A stretch of 64,000 nt of DNA from Fimbriosthenelais zetlandica (lineage: Eukaryota): NCBI GenBank assembly GCA_977030845.1, contig OZ365112.1, positions 24,986,001 through 25,050,000 on the forward strand, written 5' to 3'. Below, one piece after another: positions 1 to 11,800 of this stretch. The number at the start of each line of letters is the position of its first letter. The stretch's first letter is position 1. The notes beneath the pieces are model-generated. The model saw only the letters and a list, made by a program, of their open reading frames with translations, ran no database searches and was not told the origin of the DNA. The translations under genes were made by a program, and so were the position numbers.

Positions 1-1872
1 GCCAATGATCCAGATCGGTTAAAATCTGACCCCCATTTGTGTATAATACATTTGTCCTGTAGGATTAAGGGTAAGGGGAAAGTCAGGCAAGTGCAATGGG
101 CATATGGCGGAATGCCAATGAGCAGATCCTAACCGTTCTGATGACCTCTGAGCAGATGTGAGCATATCGTGACCTAGTAGTCAGAAGTCAATGATCCAGA
201 TCGGCTAGAATCAGAAAAGCTTCGAGAATAAGAGTGGCAGGTGTCGGGGTCGTAATGAGCAGTTAAAAATGGGCCTACAGTACTCCGAACAGATATGAGC
301 AGATGGTTAAATTAAGCTCAGAACGCATTATTTGCGTTAGTGGAGTTTTGGTTAGGAAGCTGACCCCCATTTGTGTATAATACATTTGTCCTGTAGGATT
401 AAGGTTAAGGGAAAAGTCAGACAAGTGCAATGGGCATATGGCGGAATGCCAATGAGCAGTTCCTAACCGTTCTGATGACCTCTGAGCAGACGTGAGCATA
501 TCATGACTTTGTAGTCAGAAGCCAATGATCCAGATCGGTTAAAATCTGACCCCCATTTGTGTATAATACATTTGTCCTGTAGGATTAAGGGTAAGGGGAA
601 AGTCAGGCAAGTGCAATGGGCATATTGCGGAATGCCAATGAGCAGATCCTAACCGTTCTGATGACCTCTGAGCAGATGTGAGCATATCGTGACGTAGTAG
701 TCAGAAGTCAATGATCCAGATCGGCTAGAATCAGAAAAGCTTCGAGAATAAGAGTGGCAGGTGTCGGGGTCGTAATGAGCAGTTAAAAATGGGCCTACAG
801 TACTCCGAGCAGATATGAGCAGATGGTTAAATTAAGCTCAGAACGCATTATTTGCGTTAGTGGAGTTTTGGTTAGGAAGCTGACCCCCATTTGTGTATAA
901 TACATTTGTCCTGTAGGATTAAGGGTAAGGGAAAAGTCAGACAAGTGCAATGGGCATATGGCGGAATGCCAATGAGCAGTTCCTAACCGTTCTGATGACC
1001 TCTGAGCAGACGTGAGCATATCATGACCTAGTAGCAAGTCCGAAGTCAATGATCCAGATAGGTTAGAATCTGACCCCCATTTGTGTATAATACATTTGTC
1101 CTGTAGGATTAAGGGTGAGGGCCAAGTCAGACAAGTGCATTGGGCATATGGCGGAATGACAATGAGCAGTTCCTAGCCGTTCTAATGACTTCTGAGCAGA
1201 TTTGAGCATATCATGACCTAGTAGTCAGAAGTCAATGATCCAGCTGTGCTAGAATCAGAAAAGCTGCAAGAGTAATAGTAGCAGGTGTCGGGGTCGTCAT
1301 GAACAGTTGAAAATGGGCCTACAGTACTACGAGCAGATATGAGCAGATCGTTAAATTAAGCTCTGAACGCATTATTTGCCTTAGTGGAGTTTTGGTTAGG
1401 AAGCTGACCCCCTTTTGTGTATAATACATTTGTCCTGTAGGATTAAGGTTGAGGGAAAAGTCAGACAAGTGCATTGGGCATAATTATGGCGGAATGGCAA
1501 TGAGCAGTTCCTAACCGTTCTGATGACCTCTGAGCAGATGTGAGCATATCATGACCTAGTAGTCAGAAGTCAATGATCCAACTGTGCTAGAATCTGACCC
1601 CCATTTGTGTATAATACATTTGTCCTGTAGGATTAAGGGTGAGGGAAAAGTCAGGCAAGTGAAATGGGCATACGCCAGAATAGGAATGAGCAGTTCATTA
1701 CAGTTCTAATGACTTCTGAGCAGATGTGAGCATATCATGAGCTAGTAGTCAGAAGTCAATGATCCAGCTGTGCTTGTATCAGCAAAGCTTCAAGAATAAA
1801 AGTGGCAGGTTTTGGTGTCGAGGTCGTCATGAGCAATTCTAAATGAGCCTACTGTACTCCTAGGGAATATGG
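1..1872. repeat. Tandem satellite array, truncated by the window start; 186-bp monomer A alternating with 334-338-bp unit B (A plus a 148-bp insert), higher-order period about 520 bp
   Basis: Units start at G(C/T)CAATGATCCA at 1, 187, 521, 707, 1045, 1231, 1569 and 1755. 1-520 and 521-1040 are nearly identical. The insert in B spans 213-360. The last partial B fades out near 1872. The ORFs at 275-499 and 795-1049 are copies of this repeat, not genes. Confidence 0.95.
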
Positions 1873-3014
1873 GAAATGTTATGTTTAGTCCCATTATTTT
1901 TTTTATAAAAGTTTCTAACTACACTTTTAAATATCAATGCCGATAACACGTCATGCATGATCTGCAAGTATATAGGTCATGATTTTCAAGCAAGATATTC
2001 CCCCTAAAGAAAATTTGGTTTTGCTGCTTTATTACGTGTAATATATCACTCAAGATATCTTTGTCGGGCAATTAAGAAATACTTAAGAGAAATATTAAGC
2101 AGTGAAGTTAATATCGGAAACCATCACGCCTACTTATTAAGAGAAACAGGATAACTGATAAATTGAGAACCACATGAGTCTCGCTACCTTCTGAGCAAAC
2201 AGTCATCTCATGTTCTCTCTGCTCGGACCGACTTGCCAAATGTATTGGCAGCAAAGTTTATTACTAAAGATGAAAAATCCATCGATGCTAAGTGCTGCCA
2301 GAACAAACATCTGAAGGAAAGAAACAATCTGAGGAAGTAGAAGAGAAGGGAAAAAATTGTAAGATTTTGAAGATAGAGTCTCGGGGATGTTGCCAAAGTG
2401 GCTGCAGGAATGAGTAGCGTCACCCAGACTGTGAGTGGTATTTTATTTGGCAACATACATCCCTCCAAATTTTCTGTCTGGACTAAAAAAAATATCACAA
2501 GACGTTCAGATGTTACTGGAATTCGTCTGGAATTGGATTGGAATCTAAGAGCGAGGTTTTAACTATGTTTTAGCTATATTACTTTGTATATAGCTGGAGG
2601 GAATCCTGTCTTGAAGTAGCGATGAGTTCCACGTTAGTTTTATCTATACATTGACTTTCAGTAGTGGAGCCCTGCGTGGACCGCATCGATAGCCAGACAT
2701 TCTAAACTCTGAATAGAGGAGATCTGATGCGGGATTATATAGGCCTATATATATTATCCCAGGTTCCAACACATGAAAGTTTGGTTATTCACACTTCTAA
2801 GTGGGATTCATGTTTCCATTGTCGATAAAATGCGTCCTGTGTTGCATATGGCGATGACCTCTTTTGCTAAGGGCAACATCTGCTAACTTGTACAAGAGGG
2901 AAATCATATGGAAATGATCTAAAACAAGCCAAGCTATTCCAAGTCGAATTTTTGCCTTTTTCTTCGCAAAAAACTAAGATGTTGCACTTGTTATCTTAAC
3001 ACCATTCCTATGAC

Positions 3015-3031
3015 TGACCTGAGAGTGAACC
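3015..3031 (-). promoter_or_regulatory. DR5 nuclear-receptor element (RARE-type consensus)
   Basis: Minus strand GGTTCA-CTCTC-AGGTCA matches RGKTCA-N5-RGKTCA. A third imperfect half-site (TGACCG, 3034-3039) lies 2 bp away. The motif match is exact; function is untested. Confidence 0.4.
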
Positions 3032-4299
3032 TTTGACCGCTTGTATCTAGACTCAGGGCCACCTGGTACTTGACGTGTACCTCATAAGGTTTCAGGTGCT
3101 GTTCCTGGGTCACATTCAATCCCCGTCATAATCAATGCCTCGGGTTACCACCAATCCTCATCCTTTGATTCCTCCAGCGAGAATCTGGACAAATCCATGG
3201 CAAGGTACAATTTTGACATCTGGAAAGCATCTGATACTCCTGGAGGACATTAGAGATCGTGATCTTTGCCCTGCCTTCCTTGGTCTGAACAGATCAGAGT
3301 CAAGTGAAGCAAAGAAAATTGTATCCGCTAGCTGGTTAGGTAGCCTTACATGACGGAATCAGCAGAGAAGGTGCATTATAAGGCTTCAAGCCGTGCACAC
3401 CATTTCCTTTAATGCACGCCTAGGGGCTTTATGCATGCTGTGTGTACATGTCTTATCTGTCCAGTGATCATGTACATGTTGTATCTACATGTAAAAGTCC
3501 AACCCTCTCAGATATTAATTCCCGGGTGTCACAGAGAGAGATCTATGTTTTATGCGAAAATATAACAATCTACAAGGTCGGTCAACCAGAAAATAAAGTT
3601 GTAGCATGATGTTTTAGTCATACAGGCCAGGCCCCTAAATGCAACTTGCCTAAGTCTTTTATTTAACAACGGGCATTGTCCCCAGGTGATAATAGCAAAC
3701 TTTACAAAAGGGCCCAAGCGGAAGCCACTCTGGCCCCCCTAGTGAGGTAGCAAAGCACGGAGGTCTGCTATAATCTGCGCGTTCAGAGGTTTGCTAATAA
3801 GCTCCAATGAAGGCTATATGTAGCCTTGGTCATATGGGATATCAATAACTCCCATGGCAAAATCCAATATGGCCGCCGGCTGGGCTATGATTACGGGAAT
3901 GCGATGGCTGGGAAGGAAGTGAATGGTCATCGTAAGCTGTTTTAGGCTCTGGAAACGGGAACAAATTGACTTGAGATTCTCTCAGATCTGGGCAAGCAAT
4001 GATGTTAAGTGTCTTAATTGGCTGTTATTTTACCGAGAGAGAAATCGAACGGAGGAGTTGATGTTATAAGAAAATGCCTCTTGAGAAATGTTGAAGTAGG
4101 GGGGTGGGATTTTAATGTTAGCATTATCTTGTTAATTAAAAGCTGACAGCAGAGAACATGGATGCAAGGGACGACATCTGACTTAATTTTGATGTCAGAG
4201 AAATAGAGTGTTCGAGAAAGGCCTTGTGTATTCTTTGATCAAGAATAGACACTTACACTAGGGTACTTCATCATATTCGCCTAGCCATATTACTTAGAT

Positions 4300-4620
4300 T
4301 CTGAAACCATCTTTATAAGCCATAGCCCTATAGTGGGAAATATCTATAGCTGGCAACATTTTATGTGTAACATAATACATTTTAAAATGTCTGCTCGGAA
4401 ACAAAACATGAATTACAACATTGAAGAGTTTGAACACACATATCACAAAACGGAAATTGTATCCCTGGCGGATTTTCCTTTAATGCCAGCAAAATTATTG
4501 GCCTGGCTTGCCAGAAGATTTAATGTTTTGAGCCTTGTGTTTGTTTTATTCAAACATGCCATTAAGCATTTAGCAAAGCTGTTTAAACGTTGACGCAATC
4601 TGATGCATTTTTTACAGAAT
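4300..4620 (-). mobile_element. Degenerate non-LTR retrotransposon reverse-transcriptase fragment
   Basis: Minus frame reads LNSFAKCLMACLNKTNTRLKTLNLLASQANNFAGIKGKSARDTISVL*...FCFRADILK. This resembles the LINE RT stretch (S..K.....LN.RL...L...N.L...Q.GF..GKS.RD.I..L ... CF.D..KAFD) in order and spacing, with in-frame stops. By-eye recognition only. Confidence 0.4.
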
Positions 4621-5225
4621 GATTTCATTCTAAAGATCCTCTTAAATTACATTTTCTCGTAATTTTTTTCCTTTTCAGTAATGCTCCAAATGCATTGATT
4701 TGGGAGAAAGGCATGCACATAATCAACAGCGACGTGTCCAGTCAAATTATTATACATAACTAGATGATCAGTACCTGAATTTTCTTGTACAATAATATAA
4801 AGAAATGTATCTAGGAACTATATCCAGAAGATAAAATGACACATTCTTGGAGTCCTTCAAATATCTGATTGTCCTCACGCAGCATGCAACTTGTCAGATG
4901 TGCATTCTTGTAGAATAAAGACCTGGATTATCAACTGGTTTCAGCAATGCCATATCGCTGGTAAATCTGCCGTGGATAAGAAAGAGGTTATCATTAAGTA
5001 TTCCTATCATTACCCTTCATCTACACAGATTTGACTTTCATCACACTTCGCTCAATTAGTCGGGCTTTCATTCTGACAGTCCTCGCAGCGATATGCTCAC
5101 ACACATCTAATGAAGCATTCTTGTTTGGTGGCAACGACATGTCACTGTTTATATGAACAAATCATGGCTATCGCTGGGTGGTAACCAGAGTAAATTAACA
5201 GGTACCTAGCTGGAAATGTGTAAAA

Positions 5226-5239
5226 AGTTCAAAAGGTCA
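5226..5239 (+). promoter_or_regulatory. DR2 nuclear-receptor element
   Basis: AGTTCA-AA-AGGTCA matches RGKTCA-N2-RGKTCA. Confidence 0.35.
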
Positions 5240-6031
5240 TCTGGCAGGAGAAGCACCAAACAGAATGGCATAAATAGAGGGGAATGTCGGAGGGCCATGG
5301 GGAACTCCTGAGGAGAATCACAAAAGGGGGTGTTCAATACTGGTCATTGAATGCAGGGCTGATTGGCAGATTGGGTAGAATTGTGATTTACCCTTGGGAG
5401 TCATTGGGAGGGTTCCTGGTGCTTCCGGTATTAGGGGGTTTGGTGTCTAACCCTCATCCTCAATAGCTTGTGCATGAGTCAGCGATGGAGTAGATGGGTG
5501 GGGCAATGCGGCGATAGAGACATGATATTTCATAATTAATGTCTCCTGTTTTCTTTCATCAAATATTGGATCAATAAAGACATGAATTAATCATGTGGTC
5601 AAGGTAACTCAGAGGAGGATGACAGTATTTTTGATCCACCAGTAGACGTATAATTGCGGGGCTGGTGGAGCAGTTAAAATTTGAGAAGTTCAATACATGC
5701 ATAAAATATTAACGATGCATGCTTGAATATAACTGGTGGTTCCACCTGAAGGACTTCCAGGTAGAAAAATTGGTAATTTATGACACTCTCTTATTTTCAA
5801 ATCTGCCACTAAACTGCTGTTGGAACAAGTCCTTCAAGCATGTGATCGATTTTCATGGCCTCTGTAAACATTTTATTAGTCTTGCTGAGTTGCTCTGTTC
5901 TTCCCCGGCGCCCAGATTGAGCAATGCATTGGCAAGGAGCAGATTTACAGGAAGCCAGTCGAGCGTATAACTCGCGTTTTGTTGGCGTCGGAAAATCCGG
6001 CGGAAAGCTTGTAATTTCATAACCAGGATGT

Positions 6032-6047
6032 AGGTCATTGAAGGTCA
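6032..6047 (+). promoter_or_regulatory. DR4 nuclear-receptor element with two AGGTCA half-sites
   Basis: AGGTCA-TTGA-AGGTCA. Confidence 0.4.
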
Positions 6048-8223
6048 TCATGTAAGCACCGGAAGTGCTTTAATGTTCTTCCTCCTGCCGCATGGGGCGC
6101 TGCATTAAGTCCATTATGCCCCGGAGGACCGATTAAGTCCATAATCCGTGGAGAAAAAGAAGCAAGCTTGTTTCTTTCCGATCGCAGCTTGTCGGAATCT
6201 TGGAAGGTGGATTGGTATTAAGAGAAACTGGAGGAATGAGGGGCCCCATCTCCCCTAAACAAGTTCCGACCGCCTGCCTGCGGCAACTACAGTTAGGCCT
6301 ATTTATTTTGACTTCAGTAGCCTCATTTGTTTCCTCTCTGCAATGTCCCATGAAAAAATACTTAAATACATTTTAGCTGATGGGCAAAAGATGAGAATGC
6401 GAGTGCGGGGGAGGAATTTCATTTCATGAAGCGTGGGCTTGCTCGGTTAGCCTACCCAAAACATGTCTAATCGGATTTGAAAGCGACAAAGAAATTCAAG
6501 CAGTCCAATTCCAAGAAGCTCAAAACTTCATGGAAAACACATGTATGCAATGATCACCTACATGTATAGTACTACAGATAATTCATACTATGGCCTTATT
6601 CTAAGAATAGACACTGACTGTGACCCTGACTTGTGTCCCAACAATACCTGCCACAGAGATCTCCTCTAACAGATCAGAGTTCGGGTAACTCGGTCAGGTT
6701 TTGACAGGGTGGTACTGTATTTTGAAGTGTTTACATAGGGAGCGGAGATAGTATTCAAAATGCATCGAGCATGTTTGGGTTGTGATTTGGCCGTGGTGAC
6801 TCACTACAGTAATCCAGTTGTAGGCCTTAGTTAAGCTACTCGAGTATTTATCAGAGCCAGAGCTGTGGAGCTTCTCTATCAGACAGAGCCCAGTCCAACC
6901 ATTCATCATAGTCTTGTATTATTTATCAAACCATTCTCCCCATTGGCTGGTTCATCCTTTGAAATCCTCGAGAGAAAGAGAGGGAGAGAGAAGGGGATGT
7001 GAGTGTGGGAGAAAAAGGGAGAAAGAAGTGGCGTGAAGAAGCTAAGGTGAAGAGGGCAGTTGATCTTTACAGACGATGGAGGTTGGAAGTTCACCAAACT
7101 GTGTTATTTTGACGCGGATTCTTTAACCCCCAGCTCGTGTAAAACCTAAATATTTTAGGACTATTCTTCCGATGTACTGCAGGAAATTCTAAGCTCCTTT
7201 CACTGTTGTTTGTGTCTAAGGATGTGTAGGCCTACAAATCTGCAGAATTACCCTTGTTAGAAGAAATTGTCTCGGTGTTGAACTATACTGCAGAGTAGAT
7301 GCTCCCAGTAAGTTGATAGCCACGGAATTGCTGTTTCTCACAGCTAAAAGCATGTTATACATTTGGCAAGCTCGTCTAACAGCCTTGGGACCTATCATGC
7401 CAGAGGTGCTATTTCTCACACCAGATGCTTTTTGTCCCTCGCACCATCAAACCCTCATATGCACGTCCGCGGCGTCATGTCTTGATTTATCGAGCTCTTC
7501 TCTTCGCGCCTAAATAGCAGTATTAGTCATCTTTATGTCATATTCCTTCACTTTCTCCACCGAAGGTAAAACACAAGATGTGATTTCGCTTCCACTTTCG
7601 GAATAAATAGCGTGCAACTAATTGATCCATAAACACTTTTGTCCTATCCCATTGCACCATTTTTATGAGGTTTCAATAGCATTTTCTGTTATCAAAGCTT
7701 GAATGACTGACAACTCGGCGCTGGGTTTCGGATTTCCTCGCCCTAGCCTGGCTATTACCGTCCCCTTGCGTCAGAGAGACGAAACAATGACGCGTCAATC
7801 TAATGGATTCACACCGTCTCTAGGGAGGATTTCAGATCAAGAGTAAATGGATGTAAGAAATCCCCTTAGGAGCATGACAGCATCTCTTATCTTAGAAAAC
7901 ACAGATTTATGCAGGGTAACTACACGGTGATGTTTTACTTCCAGCGAGGAAGGAAGATGGTGAATACACGAAATGTCCTCATTTACATGTCTGTGCTTCT
8001 TAGTTACCTCCCAGACAGGATGCCTATCATTAGTCATAACTAAAAGAGATGAACAGTGTCTAAGATATTACTAAGGAAGTGTATATAGACAGGAAATCTT
8101 TACTGTTGGTCTTAGTCAGCATGGCTGTAACATCCCTTGTCTAAGGTTACGTCTTTAGTTCGCTCATTTTATGCATGGTGAGCTGATCCACTTGTCACAT
8201 TCAGGACTCAGTTCCCTCAGTTG

Positions 8224-8292
8224 AAACCAATGCCGAAACCATAAAATTGAATGCTAAAACCAATGCCTAAACCATTGCCTAAACCATTGCGT
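8224..8292. repeat. 12-bp minisatellite (AAACCA(A/T)TGCCT-like)
   Basis: Units at 8224, 8257, 8269 and 8281, with a partial unit at 8236. Confidence 0.8.
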
Positions 8293-11200
8293 AAAGCAAG
8301 GAAATGCTATTCCTTTACAAAATCATATTGGTAATGTCTCAGCTTCCTCATTTCACTGACCTTATCCCTATTCACCAGCTAGGTTAGAAGGTAAGAGGTG
8401 CCTGGACGACATTATGATGTCATTTGGAATGATGCCTAATTACTCAATTAAAATAATGCCATTCACAAAGGCATTCCTGACCGTGCGATCTCCATGTGGT
8501 AATTGTGTTAGCATTTGTAATTCCACCATTTGTTTTGTATCTTTCGGCAAAGGATAACAACGGTCAACTCCTCAAATTGGATTGTTCTAAGAAGCAGCAA
8601 ACAGCTTTTTATGCTAATTGTGATCTAATGAAAAGGTACTTTGTTTCGAACCTCCTGAGAGAGAGTGCCAATCTTGGATTCATGTATGGACCTATTTAAG
8701 TTGATTTTCCTTATCCCATTGTTTTCGAGAAATTGGATAGTTCCTTCGAACCTCTTCAATGGGAGTTTGCTCTTTAGTTGGGCAAACGTGACATTTTCCC
8801 CAACATCTAAAATATGTAGCCCATCAAGAGTTGTATCAGTTCATTTTATGCTTCTTGGCGTATGAGATTTCACACTTTACTCTGATTTATTTATTACTCC
8901 TGTAAGAGTGTTCAATCTGCCACTGAAGCTTTGATGCTGAAGTAGATGTAACTCAAAAGATGCAGGAGAGAGTTTTGTTGAACGCCAGTAGTACTTGTTG
9001 CTCATAATGTTTAGAGTAACAATCATTCCTAGCAATACTCTCACATATCAATTTTATTACTTTTACATTTAAAGTGTCTCTGGGTGACTATATGGAACAT
9101 CCCTTCGACCCACAAAAAGATACAAGAGTTTAAATATTAACTGCTGAATATTTTTCTGATATGTCCATGAACCCCATCCATACCCAACTTGGTCCAATTT
9201 GTGTGAATCGACCATATGCGTTAACTAACCATTCAGGTTGACAGGCATTTTACACCTTCTCAATCATAAGAATCTCAATAATTGAAAAAAAAACAGCCTG
9301 CCCCTGAGCTGAAAAAAAACCACCGTCTCTCGATGATGCACATTCCTTCAGTTCAATATACAGAGAGCATGGGACCTGTCAGAGTGCCTTCAACAGCAAT
9401 ACTCAGCAAATAAAATGAGCGAAGGATTTGAAAGAAGAACAGTAAATCAAAGCATTATGGCATTAACGGAAGATGTGCACATTTAATGGCTTGTAAATGT
9501 TGTCCCATGCCATCACGTGACAAAGACAAGCCGTCCATATTTTGCCTCTAATGGTAGCCTGGGGCGGGCCTGGGACTTCACCTGTCTCAATCCACCCACC
9601 GCACAAACTTTTTTGATTGTCATAGTTCGTATGTCTACAGGTTAAATTCACATCCTCATCATGCTTCTCATTCCGCAGACTTCCGTCCAACTGTGCCCGC
9701 TCTGCAATTTCATACCAGGATGATTTGGCCGGCTTGGCCCTAAGGTTGCCACTATAGGTGATAGTGCAGGGGCAAATATGGTGGGCATTATTTCCGGTTG
9801 GAACTGGCTTGGTCACATTTGGTAGATGCCCTATTATCACTCAAGTTGGCTGGCGTCCCATCCCATTTGGCCAATGCTCGGAGCGATAATCGGGTTACTT
9901 CGCCAACAGCGGCGCTTCCTTTGTCAAATGGCACCATTTCTTGTCTTTACTCACAATGCTACTTCACGCCAAGATAAACTTATCAGACACTTCCTTAGGA
10001 GCGGAAATCACCCTAGTTTTCTTCTGATAGAAACAAGGCTCCACGTTGACAAAGAATCGTTGAAAAAAATATACATTCAGTTGAATCACATTTCTCTGCT
10101 GAGAACACTCCAAGCTGATTGGATTTTCCCACTGAATTTTCCCAGCCCTCCCATGGCTCCTCACCATTGCCTTGTTTCCAAAGTCATTGCGCACTGGGAT
10201 TGTATACATAAGGCAAGGTGATGACAGAGACACGGTCGTTTATTGGTCATTTGTCCACCCACGGCCTATCCTAGGTGTGGTCAAATTTGTGTCCATCTTC
10301 ATTGGATGACCAATCCAATTCCGGCAGTCCTCCAAGGGCTTTCGCTTAGCCACTTAGAGAGGGTCGCAACTGAAGGGATGCGCATAGAAGAGCAACCCTA
10401 AAAAATGACCTACAGACTTCATTTAAGCTGTGATGTTCCCTTCGTGATCAATTCTTAAGTAAGAGTGACAGGAAGGTGGTGAACAAATATATGGATGCAC
10501 TTTGTCACCTCAACTTTAGGGTGCTATTTGTCAAGCGAACATGCCATTTACTGAGACTTAGGAGTTTGTGCCTATATCGAAAGAAGTGGCAAGTTGAAAA
10601 GACTTTTAGAAGACGCATAAAGATAAGGTGTGCCTTTCCCGTAAAAATTAACCCATGGCTTTCTACGTCACGAAAAGAAAGTTAATCAATTGAGAGCTTT
10701 GTTACCCTTGGTGAAGTGGTATACATATAGTCACATTAATTGTGGGCCAAGGTATGACGGCATAGATGTGCTTTTCGCCATGGCTGCTGTATGATAAAAG
10801 ATGATGAAAGCAAGATGACGAAAGTGGTGAAAGTATCATAATTATTTATGACGTTTATCACTAGTTAAGTTCACGATAGATAGAATCATGTTTTGTAAGC
10901 TGCATACTTGATAATCCAAACGTTTTGTGATTGTCTGACCCTTTATCCACCATCAGCAAAATTTTTCAATGGGATGTTTTATTCAAAGTCATATTCTTAA
11001 CAAATGCGATATTTGGCTTGAATACATGGAGCATGGTGGATTTTAAGGGATTTCTTCATCGCTTTCACTGCATGAATTAAATAAATTTTGCTATAGGCTG
11101 GATGTTAATTGATATCCTCTGTCGCAAAACATGCATTCAATGTACTTCTGGTTTTTAACCCTGTGGAAGACGAATACAGAATTTGCGACCACAATGATAA

Positions 11201-11399
11201 TATGTAACATGAAACTGCAAGCATTTTCACCACAGTAGTGTCTACGTCGGTTCAGTGAAGGACAGTACTTTTAGTATCAGAGAGAAAAAGTGTGCAGTCC
11301 TGATGTCTGGAGCTCCCAAGAAATGAGAGCTAAAATATTAACTGAACATATAATGTATAGTCCATAAATATTGCACCAGTGATATGAGAGTAATTATTC

Positions 11400-11800
11400 T
11401 CCCCGGTGACTGATCTTCATCGGTTCTCATTAATCTTTATGATTCCTCATACCTCAAAGTCTCCCCCGCTCTCTATAAGGGGTCTGATGAACACTGCTTT
11501 AGATGGCGAGACTTCCTCCATACTTTCATATCCTCTTTTGTTCATAATGGCCTGCATAATAGAGAACTTCCCCAATCCTCTATTAGCTTTCACAACCATA
11601 TTTGCCAAAGCTGAAGCAAATGAGAGGAGTGGGAACATCTTATAGTCAGGATGTTAAGGAACAGCTTTAGCTAAAACTGAAGCCTGACATTGAAATGTTG
11701 TGTATACTATGCCTTTGTGCAGGCCCTGAATGCTAATGTAATGTCTGAGATGAAAGATTTAACTTCAGTTATAGTAAAGTTGAAGGGGAGGCAGGCAGCA
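11400..11800 (-). mobile_element. Possible very old LINE ORF2 fragment (region just upstream of the RT core)
   Basis: Minus-strand peptides PFNFTITEVKSFISDI and IMNKRGYESMEEVSPSKAVFIRPLIESGGD loosely resemble LINE motifs F..IT..EV...I..L and FN...ESG..P..WK.A...P..K.GD in the expected order. The match is weak and interrupted. Confidence 0.25.

Noticed and set aside
51-76. Micro-exon-like cassette TTTGTCCTGTAG|GATTAAGG|GTAAGG in each satellite monomer
   Set aside because: 8 nt is not frame-preserving, two of seven copies lack the donor, and there is no evidence of splicing.
275-1049. Two near-identical ORFs (74 and 84 aa)
   Set aside because: They are by-products of the 520-bp satellite period, have no recognisable domain, and the frame is broken in other units.
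3731-3747. CTCF-like TCACTAGGGGGGCCA on the minus strand
   Set aside because: Two mismatches to the core; such matches are expected in 64 kb.
4290-4310. WFQN on the minus strand (homeobox helix 3-like)
   Set aside because: Preceded by a stop two codons upstream and not followed by RR; chance match within a probable LINE relic.
5700-6030. LDWLPV...LIKCL...KDLF...KSF.WN on the minus strand (L2 ORF2 C-terminus-like)
   Set aside because: Motif spacing is off and upstream context does not match; too weak to call.
9724-9798. FGRLGPKVATIGDSAGANMVGII, resembling an esterase GxSAG motif
   Set aside because: Only 25 codons between stops; the nearest acceptor puts a stop in frame; no other esterase exon in the window.
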